In this document: piece by piece, positions 40,880 to 48,566 of the stretch
How positions within the stretch are numbered: the stretch's first letter is position 1
How the letters are laid out: each line of letters begins with the position of its first letter
NCBI GenBank assembly: GCA_043812155.1
Contig: JBDRMK010000030.1
Location: 8,407-72,406 of the forward strand
From: Patescibacteria group bacterium
GTDB lineage: Bacteria > Patescibacteriota > Patescibacteriia > JAXHNJ01
Length of the DNA: 64,000 nt
Direction: 5' to 3'
Program-made: the position numbers and the translations under genes
Notes under the pieces: generated by a model
What the model saw: only the letters and a program-made list of their open reading frames with translations
Told to the model about the DNA's origin: nothing
Databases searched by the model: none

Positions 40880-41785
40880 TTAGTCGACGAACTTTACGAC
40901 CGGGCAGATGTCGTTAAGAAACGCTTTGATCCAAAGGAGAGCAGGATTGCTTTCCTTGACTTTATTGACCGCGCGTTGGGACGGCCACTGTCCGAGACCC
41001 GTCCGGGTTTCCTCCCGTTTTTCCTCGCGGCGATCATGCCAGTCTTCGACGGCATCTTTTCCCGCGCTGACGCCGATAAACACGCCGATAAAAACGACGA
41101 TCACGCCGACGATAAACGGAATAATTGCGACAACCAGATGCTTCAGCCAGCCGTCGAAGATGACGATCGGGCTGACGTACAGAACGACTATCGCCACGAT
41201 GATCAGCGCGAAGACGTAGTTGCGGGAAGCGAGAATCCTTCCCTGTCCGCCGATCTCCGCCAGCTTTTTCATCAATTGCCCGATTGAACGGAAGAACGCG
41301 CCGAGCGTAGACACTGCGAGCCAAGCTCCCAGCAGGCTCAAGATGAAAACAGAGCCTACCCCGACGTACCAGTACCTTATCGCCGGAATACAGAGGGGGG
41401 AAAGGCCGACGATGAGGATGAGCAGGCCGCCGAAGGTCAGAAATCGGTTGACTCGGCAGGTGCACATCCGGCTGAATCCCGGGAAGAGGTACTTCCGGAA
41501 GGGCCAGGCAATTTTCTCCACGGGCCAGATGATCCCATACTCGAAGAGGAACCGGATGGCCTTGGCGAAGTACTTCATCGCCAAGAGAGCCGGGTAGAGT
41601 ATCGGGCAGAACACGAAGGTGGCGAAGACCGCCGGCCAGAACCAGAGGCAAATGTGCGATTCGTCCGGCACGTAGGTGTACCAGCAGCGGTTCTGGCGCA
41701 TGACTTTCCAGCCCCTATAGAGAAGGGATTTTTTCCGGATTTCCGGGGGATGGATGACGTGCGCGATGGTTGATCTGATGGTCAT
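40880..41785 (-). CDS. Polytopic membrane protein (301 aa), unknown function
   Basis: At least 6 TM helices; Cys-containing loops (MCTC); stop/start overlap with upstream gene (ATGA). Confidence 0.6.
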   Translation of the reverse strand: MTIRSTIAHVIHPPEIRKKSLLYRGWKVMRQNRCWYTYVPDESHICLWFWPAVFATFVFCPILYPALLAMKYFAKAIRFLFEYGIIWPVEKIAWPFRKYLFPGFSRMCTCRVNRFLTFGGLLILIVGLSPLCIPAIRYWYVGVGSVFILSLLGAWLAVSTLGAFFRSIGQLMKKLAEIGGQGRILASRNYVFALIIVAIVVLYVSPIVIFDGWLKHLVVAIIPFIVGVIVVFIGVFIGVSAGKDAVEDWHDRREEKREETRTGLGQWPSQRAVNKVKESNPALLWIKAFLNDICPVVKFVD

Positions 41786-42384
41786 GACCGATCACCTCCT
41801 TTGATCTTTACATCTTTCACGTATTTCAGATCGATTGGCTGTCCGGCCGCCATGATTTTGCCGGCGATCATCGACAGCGTGGAGTCGGTAGGACAGGCAA
41901 GGTACTGCCGGACGTCGCTTGCGACGTTGAGCGAGTTGAGGTTGGTGAGAAAGTATTCCCTGAGTCCATGATAGGGAAGATAGACCCTTTCATAGTACCT
42001 TTGGGTTTTTTCCAGACCATACCCTCGGATGCCTGTTGAGTCCAGCAAGGCGCATTTGAAGGTGAGCCTTGCCTTCTCGGTTACCCCGTAGGAATTGTAC
42101 AATTCGTAGCTAAACTCACGGGATTCATTTGCATCCAGCAAGAATCCCCGCGCCGGCAGCCCGAAATGAGCCAGACCGATGTGGGTGACCCGGCCGTTTT
42201 CGACCTGCGCCGAATTCCGGTCAATGTACGCCACATAGTTGAAGGTGAAGACAAAGGCGAATAGCCAGCAGAACAGCAGTTTCGCCACCCTCTTCTTTTC
42301 CTTCATCGGGGCGTAGTTGTCTTCGATCAGCGGGAAAACGCTGAACAGGAGAAGAACGATCAGAGTGGTCTCTAATCCGAACAT
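41782..42384 (-). CDS. Single-pass membrane-anchored protein (200 aa), unknown function
   Basis: AGGAGG RBS; N-terminal TM then soluble domain; translationally coupled to downstream membrane protein. Confidence 0.6.
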   Translation of the reverse strand: MFGLETTLIVLLLFSVFPLIEDNYAPMKEKKRVAKLLFCWLFAFVFTFNYVAYIDRNSAQVENGRVTHIGLAHFGLPARGFLLDANESREFSYELYNSYGVTEKARLTFKCALLDSTGIRGYGLEKTQRYYERVYLPYHGLREYFLTNLNSLNVASDVRQYLACPTDSTLSMIAGKIMAAGQPIDLKYVKDVKIKGGDRS

Positions 42385-42546
42385 AACTTCCTCCTTTTCT
42401 GGAAGTTAGGGGTTTTGGGTTTTCTTGCCACAGACTAGACTAGTTATCAAAGGCCGATCCGGATCCGAAAGTTTGCAGACTAACTGAATATACTATCACG
42501 TTTTTCCTTTTTTGTCAAGACTTCGGTTAAGGGCTATAATTTAAGC

Positions 42547-45500
42547 ATGAAAATCAACCCAGTGCAACATAAAGCCATTGAACACGGCCAAGGACCGTTG
42601 CTTATCGTCGCCGGGGCCGGGACGGGAAAAACTACGGTCATAGCGGAGCGTTTAGCCTATTTGATTAAAGAAAAGAAGGCTTTACCACAAGAAATTTTGG
42701 CTTTGACTTTCACGGATAAAGCGGCCGGGGAAATGGAGGAAAGGGCGGATATATTGCTGCCTTATGGTTACGTGGATCTGTGGATCTCTACTTTTCATTC
42801 TTTCGGGGAGAGAATATTGAAGGAACACGCCTTGGATATCGGCCTGGACCCGGGTTTTAAATTATTGAACTCGGTTGAGCAGTGGCGCATAATCCGGCAG
42901 AATTTCAGCCGGTTTGAGCTGGAATATTACAAGCCCTTGGGCAATCCCACCCGGTTTATTTACGCTTTGCTCAAAGTTTTTTCCCGAGCCAAGGACGAGA
43001 ATGTCAGCCCGGCCAATTTTCTGGCTTACGCGGAAAAGAAAATGAAAGCGGATAATGGCGAAGAGGCCCAAAGAATTTTAGAAGTGGCGAAAGCTTATCA
43101 GACTTACCAAACCCTTTTAACAGAAAAAGGCGAATTGGATTTCGGTGACCTAATTATCCGGGCTTTGGACCTTTTAAAACAAAGAAAAAATATCCTGGAA
43201 AAATATCGTCAGCAATTTAAATATATTCTCGTTGATGAATTCCAAGACACGAATTTCGCCCAGTATGAGATGCTGAAATCATTAGCCGCTCCAAAAAATA
43301 ATATTACCGTGGTGGGGGATGACGACCAGTGTTTGCCGGGTGAAACTTTGATAAAAACTAAGTTTGGAGAAAAGAAAATAAAAGATATAAAAGCCGGGGA
43401 TACAGTCTTGGCGGCCGTGGGCAAGGGCCATACCAGCTACTCGCCAGTAAAAAAGGTTTTTAGAAATAATAAAGAGGCCAGATTTTTACAAATTAAAACT
43501 AAATCCGGCCGAAAAATAGAAGTGACGGATAATCATAAAATGTTTTGTTTGGTACCGAAAGTTTCTGATAAGAAATATTATTATGTATATTTAATGCAGC
43601 GCCAGGGTTTTGGCTGGCGGCTAGGTATTACCAATGATTTGGCGACTCGATTGAGGTTAGAGCGTTCAGCGGATAAAATTATAGGCTTAAGGGCTTTTAA
43701 TAAAGAGATAGAAGCCAGATTCTATGAAAGTCTTTGGGCGGCAAAGTATGGCTTGCCGACGGTTTGTTTCTGCCCGCGCGACAATATGATAAGAGGTGAA
43801 TGGCTTGACCGGCTTTATCGATCAATTGGCACGGAAGAAAACGCCCGAAAGCTGGCATGTGATTTGCGCGTTGATTTAACCGCCCACCATTTTTGTCTTG
43901 ACAGTGTTTTTCGGGGGAATAAATTAAGAAACAAGATCAATCTTGAATTGTGTTACCGCCGTTATATCAGCAAGACCGGCCGCAAGTTTTTAGTTTCGCC
44001 AAAAGTGTCTCATCTTGTCAGTTTAGAGACCTCAAATTTGCAGGTGGTCGCCAGTTTAAGAAAAGGAGGGTATCAGGCCCATAGGGCGAAAAAGGGCTAT
44101 CGTTTTCGGGTAGAGAGTCCTGATATTGGAAAAGTCGGTAAGATCGCTTTGGCCTGGCAGAAAATATCCGCAGGAATACTTGAACAGAAATTTTCCGTGG
44201 GAAAAATAAAAATTCAGCACCGTAAAGCCTTGGTTATGCCGGCGGGCAACCTTTTGCCCGGTCATTATCTGCCGATCATAAAAGGCAAGGAAATAATTTA
44301 CGACCAGATTATTGAGATAAAAGAAGAAGTTAAAGCGCGAACTGTTTTTGATTTGGAAATAGAAAAAACGCACAATTTTATTGCTAATGGGGTGGTGGTG
44401 CATAATTCTGTTTATAAATTCCGCGGCGCGGCTATTTCCAATATCCTGGAATTCAAAAAAGATTTTCCAAATTGCGAGGAAATTGTCCTGACGGAGAATT
44501 ACCGCAACCGCCAGAACATCCTTGACTTGTCATACAAATTTATTCAGTTAAACAATCCGGACCGTTTGGAAGCGCGATTAGCCAAGAAGCAGATTGACGA
44601 CAAAGGTGAATTGCTGACCAAGAAAGTGACCAAAAAGTTGATCGCGCAAAATAAAGGTTTGGGGAAAATAGAACATTTGCATTTTATCACTCAAGAGGAA
44701 GAAGCCTTGGGGGTGGTGGAGAAAATATTGGCCATTAGAAAGAAAGACCGCAAATTGACCTGGAACGACTTTGCCATTCTGGTGCGAGCCAATGACCAGG
44801 CGAATATTTTTATTAATCTAATGAACAATCAGGAAATTCCTTATCAATACGTGGCTAATCGAGGTTTATACCAGAAACCCGAGATCATGGATCTGATCGC
44901 TTATTTAAAATTACTGGATAATTACCATGAAAGTACGGCTCTTTTCCGGGTGATTAACATGCCGATTTTTCATTTTGCGCCGGAAGACACGCATACTCTA
45001 TTAAATCACACTTATCGTAAAAATGTTTCTTTGTATGAAGCGATGCAAAGCGCGGAAGCGAGAGAAAAATTAAAACCTCAAACGCAGAAGGATCTGGATA
45101 AATTATTGGAAATGATCAATAAACACACGGCTTTGGCGTGCGAAAAAGGCGCGAGCCGGGTTTTGTTCCAGTTTGTGGAAGATTCCGGTTATTTCAAATA
45201 TCTTTCCAAAAAAGAGACGATTCAGAGCGCGGAAAGTATTTTGAACATCAACCAGTTTTTCAAGCAGACAGAGGAGTTTGAAAGATTGAACGCGGATAAA
45301 TCCGTGAAAAATTTTATCGCGGAGCTGGATCTGGCGATTGAAGCCGGAGAAGAAGGAGCCTTGGGCCATCAATCCATGGAAGAGGGGCCGGAAAGCGTCA
45401 AAGTGATGACCATTCATCAAGCTAAAGGCTTGGAGTTCACTCATGTTTTTATGGTTAATTTAGTGGATAAGAGATTTCCGTCTATTGAAAGAAAAGACCC

Positions 45501-46518
45501 AATTGAACTGCCGGATGAATTAATTCAGGAAATTATTCCCGAAGGAGATGTGCATTTACAAGAGGAAAGACGGTTATTTTACGTGGCCATGACGCGGGCC
45601 AAGCAGGGTCTTTATTTTACGACGGCTGAAGATTACGGCGGAATGCGGAAAAAACGTTTATCCAGATTTTTATATGAAATTGAATTGGAAAAATTCGGGC
45701 GAAGGGCCGGAGCAAAAATGAAACAGCAAAGACTGATCTTTGAAAAAATGGCCGGGCATAAAAATATCCTCACTTTAAAAAGAAATCTGGACTGGCTACC
45801 GCAGAAGTTTTCCTTCACCCAATTGAAAGCTTTTGAAGTCTGCCCCTATCAATACCGCTTCGCCCATATCTTACATGTGCCGGTCAAAGGCAAAGGCGCT
45901 TTTTCTTTCGGCAAAACCATTCATAACACCATGCACGAGTTTTATGTCGCCATCCAAAAAGGGGAAAAGCCGACTTTGGAAGACTTATTGGCGATGTATG
46001 AAAGAAATTGGATTGACGAGTGGTATGATGACAAGGCGCATGAAGAAAGAAGAAAAGCCAAAGGGAAACAGGTTTTGCAAGAGTTCTACAAAATTAATGA
46101 AAAAACCTTTAAGGCGCCGAAATTCCTGGAGCAGGGCTTTAACATAAAGATCGGCCTCCACACGATAAAAGGCTTTATTGACCGGGTGGACGAAATGCCG
46201 GATGGCCGGGTGGAAATTATTGATTATAAAACCGGCAATCTGCCCAAGGTAAAATCCAGTATTGATACCGAGCAATTGCTAATTTACGCCTTAGCCTGTC
46301 AGGACGTTTTTAAATTAAATCCGGCCAAATTGACCTTCTATTATATTGAAGATAATAAAACCTTTACTTACCAGTCTAGGCAGGAGGAGATAGAGGAGGT
46401 CAAAAAAAGAGTGGTGGGCACGATTGAGAAAATCCTGAAAAGCGATTTCAAGGCGACGCCGTCGCAATACAAATGTAAATACTGTGATTTTAAAGAAATT
46501 TGTGAATATAGAGTTTAA
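42547..46518 (+). CDS. UvrD/PcrA-family helicase fused to C-terminal Cas4/AddB-type PD-(D/E)xK nuclease, intein-containing (1323 aa precursor)
   Basis: Walker A GAGTGKTT, motif II VDEFQDT, motif III split as VGDDDQ | intein | SVYKFRGA; C-terminal nuclease IIDYKTG with CPYQYRF...CKYCDFKEIC cysteine cluster. Confidence 0.85.
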   Translation: MKINPVQHKAIEHGQGPLLIVAGAGTGKTTVIAERLAYLIKEKKALPQEILALTFTDKAAGEMEERADILLPYGYVDLWISTFHSFGERILKEHALDIGLDPGFKLLNSVEQWRIIRQNFSRFELEYYKPLGNPTRFIYALLKVFSRAKDENVSPANFLAYAEKKMKADNGEEAQRILEVAKAYQTYQTLLTEKGELDFGDLIIRALDLLKQRKNILEKYRQQFKYILVDEFQDTNFAQYEMLKSLAAPKNNITVVGDDDQCLPGETLIKTKFGEKKIKDIKAGDTVLAAVGKGHTSYSPVKKVFRNNKEARFLQIKTKSGRKIEVTDNHKMFCLVPKVSDKKYYYVYLMQRQGFGWRLGITNDLATRLRLERSADKIIGLRAFNKEIEARFYESLWAAKYGLPTVCFCPRDNMIRGEWLDRLYRSIGTEENARKLACDLRVDLTAHHFCLDSVFRGNKLRNKINLELCYRRYISKTGRKFLVSPKVSHLVSLETSNLQVVASLRKGGYQAHRAKKGYRFRVESPDIGKVGKIALAWQKISAGILEQKFSVGKIKIQHRKALVMPAGNLLPGHYLPIIKGKEIIYDQIIEIKEEVKARTVFDLEIEKTHNFIANGVVVHNSVYKFRGAAISNILEFKKDFPNCEEIVLTENYRNRQNILDLSYKFIQLNNPDRLEARLAKKQIDDKGELLTKKVTKKLIAQNKGLGKIEHLHFITQEEEALGVVEKILAIRKKDRKLTWNDFAILVRANDQANIFINLMNNQEIPYQYVANRGLYQKPEIMDLIAYLKLLDNYHESTALFRVINMPIFHFAPEDTHTLLNHTYRKNVSLYEAMQSAEAREKLKPQTQKDLDKLLEMINKHTALACEKGASRVLFQFVEDSGYFKYLSKKETIQSAESILNINQFFKQTEEFERLNADKSVKNFIAELDLAIEAGEEGALGHQSMEEGPESVKVMTIHQAKGLEFTHVFMVNLVDKRFPSIERKDPIELPDELIQEIIPEGDVHLQEERRLFYVAMTRAKQGLYFTTAEDYGGMRKKRLSRFLYEIELEKFGRRAGAKMKQQRLIFEKMAGHKNILTLKRNLDWLPQKFSFTQLKAFEVCPYQYRFAHILHVPVKGKGAFSFGKTIHNTMHEFYVAIQKGEKPTLEDLLAMYERNWIDEWYDDKAHEERRKAKGKQVLQEFYKINEKTFKAPKFLEQGFNIKIGLHTIKGFIDRVDEMPDGRVEIIDYKTGNLPKVKSSIDTEQLLIYALACQDVFKLNPAKLTFYYIEDNKTFTYQSRQEEIEEVKKRVVGTIEKILKSDFKATPSQYKCKYCDFKEICEYRV
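43330..44406 (+). mobile_element. Intein (359 aa) in helicase motif III
   Basis: Begins with Cys after DDDQ (block A CLPGETLI), block B TxxH (VTDNHKM), ends ...ANGVVVHN followed by Ser +1; extein junction restores VGDDDQSVYKFRGA. Confidence 0.8.
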
Positions 46519-46536
46519 TAAATTAATTAAAAAATT

Positions 46537-46941
46537 ATGCAAAATAAAATCGCCATTATAGTTTTCAGTTTCGTTTTGGCCATAATTACAATCTTTGTAA
46601 CTAATAACATAAAATCGGCCAGCTGGGTTGAAAATCCAGGCTGTGCCTATTATTCGGTCGGTTGGCCCATTAAAGTTGATACCCTTCAGGACAATTCTAA
46701 ACCCGTACCTCTTATGTGCGGTAGTTATCATGATTCTGGTAGTATTTTTAGAAATACTATCGGTAACATATTATTTTATTTTTCCTCCTTTTTCTTAGTT
46801 GGTTCCTTGATTTTTCATCGCAAGATAAAAAACTTCAAGCGTTTTCTACTTATTGCTTTAATTATTGCGGTGGTTTATTTAATACTTGATTTTTCTATTT
46901 TTCACATATATTTTCAGATTACAAGGAATATATACATATAA
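46537..46941 (+). CDS. Hypothetical membrane protein (paralog of 47417..47929)
   Basis: N-terminal TM, C-terminal TM pair; similar C-terminal region HRKIKNFKRF vs RHKIKNYRRF. Confidence 0.4.
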   Translation: MQNKIAIIVFSFVLAIITIFVTNNIKSASWVENPGCAYYSVGWPIKVDTLQDNSKPVPLMCGSYHDSGSIFRNTIGNILFYFSSFFLVGSLIFHRKIKNFKRFLLIALIIAVVYLILDFSIFHIYFQITRNIYI

Positions 46942-47010
46942 AAGAAAAAGTAGCTGATTGATTCAAGGAGATTTGCGAGTTTAGAGCGGTTTAGTTGTTG
47001 AGTTACTATT

Positions 47011-47052
47011 GTCACCCTGAGGAGCGAATGGCATGAGCCTCGAAGGGTGACG
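47011..47052. repeat. GC-rich palindromic element GTCACCCTGAGG...CCTCGAAGGGTGAC upstream of GIY-YIG gene
   Basis: 8-bp outer stem GTCACCCT/AGGGTGAC with nested GAGG/CCTC; inverted relative at 47339-47386; related copies 55605-55756. Confidence 0.5.
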
Positions 47053-47063
47053 TGTGAATAAAT

Positions 47064-47384
47064 ATGAGAACCTATTATGTTTATATATTAAAGTGTTCCG
47101 ACGGCTCTTACTATGCTGGTATTACTAATTATTTGGAAAGAAGAATTTACGAACACCAACAGGGCTTAATTAAAGGCTGTTATACCCATAGTCGTCGGCC
47201 CTTGAAATGCGTTTTTGCCCAGGATTTTAATGATGTGGGCTTGGCGATTCAGACGGAAAAGCAGATAAAAGGCTGGTCAAGGAAGAAGAAGGAATCATTG
47301 ATAAAAGGTGATTTTAACACGATAAAGTTATTTGCCAAACGTCCCGCTTCGAGGCTCCGCTTTCAGCGTCGCACCTCAGCGTGA
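47064..47384 (+). CDS. GIY-YIG nuclease-family protein
   Basis: YYVYILKCSDGSYYAGITNYLERRIYEH (GIY...YIG with Arg/Glu); C-terminal 14 aa encoded by the flanking palindromic repeat. Confidence 0.7.
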   Translation: MRTYYVYILKCSDGSYYAGITNYLERRIYEHQQGLIKGCYTHSRRPLKCVFAQDFNDVGLAIQTEKQIKGWSRKKKESLIKGDFNTIKLFAKRPASRLRFQRRTSA

Positions 47385-47416
47385 CAGTATTTATATAATA
47401 AGATAATTTCATAAAT

Positions 47417-47929
47417 ATGACCCCATTATTCAAAAAAAACGATCCGTCTTTGCCCTGGGACGAGAAAGTTGCCGAAGGGCCCCCAAAATCTGCGGAAGAA
47501 AAACCAAAAACAGAGATTCAAAAACCCAAAAGAATTAAAATTACTATCGTAATTGCCAGCGTGATATTAGCGATTGGACTTACTTATATAAGTTCATTTA
47601 TCAAAACTCAGAGCGCCTGGGATAAATGCTATAATAAGCAAAATGGGGGGCTTCCTTTTCAATATTCTCATCAACTTGAACAAATTATTCCTCCAAATAA
47701 GGCCTGTTATACTATTATGGGGGAAGAGGTGGCTTTTTTTCTTTTTCCGGAAATTATTTATGATTTTTCGATATATTTTTTGATTACTTCCATAATTATT
47801 TCTTACTTTTTTCGTCATAAAATAAAAAATTATAGACGTTTTGTCATCAAGCTAATAATATTCGCAGTTATAATCAGTATGATATCATGGCTTTTTTATT
47901 TATATTTATGGTCAAATTCGGATATTTGA
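47417..47929 (+). CDS. Hypothetical membrane protein (paralog of 46537..46941)
   Basis: Pro/Lys-rich N-terminus, TM helices; shared downstream ATTTGCGAGTTTAG repeat. Confidence 0.4.
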   Translation: MTPLFKKNDPSLPWDEKVAEGPPKSAEEKPKTEIQKPKRIKITIVIASVILAIGLTYISSFIKTQSAWDKCYNKQNGGLPFQYSHQLEQIIPPNKACYTIMGEEVAFFLFPEIIYDFSIYFLITSIIISYFFRHKIKNYRRFVIKLIIFAVIISMISWLFYLYLWSNSDI

Positions 47930-48017
47930 TAAAATATTAACAAGGCGATTTTTGGAAATTTGCGAGTTTAGGGTTGTTTGAGATGTCCAGATGTCTAGAT
48001 ATCAAGATATCGAGACA

Positions 48018-48380
48018 TCAAGATTTTTTGGCTAAACCGCTGATCATGCAATTTAGGCCAATGGCCAGGCCATTGTAGCTTTCGTCGATGACTTTGAAGT
48101 TTTCCTCTGGCAGGTATTTCTGATCCAAGGCGATCCTCAAATGGCTTTCAATTTCAAAAATTTCCGCCCGTGCAATATAAAGCACGCGGATTTTATCTTT
48201 GGGATGGTATCGGCCGTGGCTTTCCGCGATATTAGCTGCCACCGATACCGCCGATCTTCTTAACTGCATAGTTAAGCCGAAAATCTCGTTTTTCGGGAAA
48301 GCCTTGGTGATTTGGTAAATTTGGCTGGCAAGCGCCTGGGCTTTTTGCCAGACTTTTAAATCAAAAAAAGCGCGAGTCAT
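48018..48380 (-). CDS. Four-helix-bundle protein (Avd/23S-rRNA-IVS protein family, TIGR02436-like)
   Basis: DLKVWQKAQALASQIYQITKAFPKNEIFGLTMQLRRSAVSVAANIAES; flanked by inverted GATATCGAGA/CATCAAGAT repeats (47978-48016, 48447-48485). Confidence 0.8.
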   Translation of the reverse strand: MTRAFFDLKVWQKAQALASQIYQITKAFPKNEIFGLTMQLRRSAVSVAANIAESHGRYHPKDKIRVLYIARAEIFEIESHLRIALDQKYLPEENFKVIDESYNGLAIGLNCMISGLAKKS

Positions 48381-48496
48381 ATATATCCTTTCGCGCCACC
48401 ATTTTGTCTGTAATTATTTTATATTCGTTTATTAATTTTGTCAACGTCACCTCTCGATATCTTGACATCTTGACCTCTCGATATCTAAAACCATCC

Positions 48497-48525
48497 TTGA
48501 CAAACCCGGTTTTTTCTAATATACT
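48497..48525 (+). promoter_or_regulatory. Putative sigma70 promoter of typA
   Basis: TTGACA, 17-nt spacer, TATACT. Confidence 0.5.
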
Positions 48526-48566
48526 ATATTTTAATTCATTAAAAAGTCTGGAGACTAAACAAGTAC

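Noticed and set aside
41034-41651. 205-aa minus-strand ORF and 40877..41287 plus-strand ORF
   Set aside because: They are alternative frames within the 301-aa polytopic membrane protein gene. Their Arg-rich composition is typical of out-of-frame GC-rich translation.
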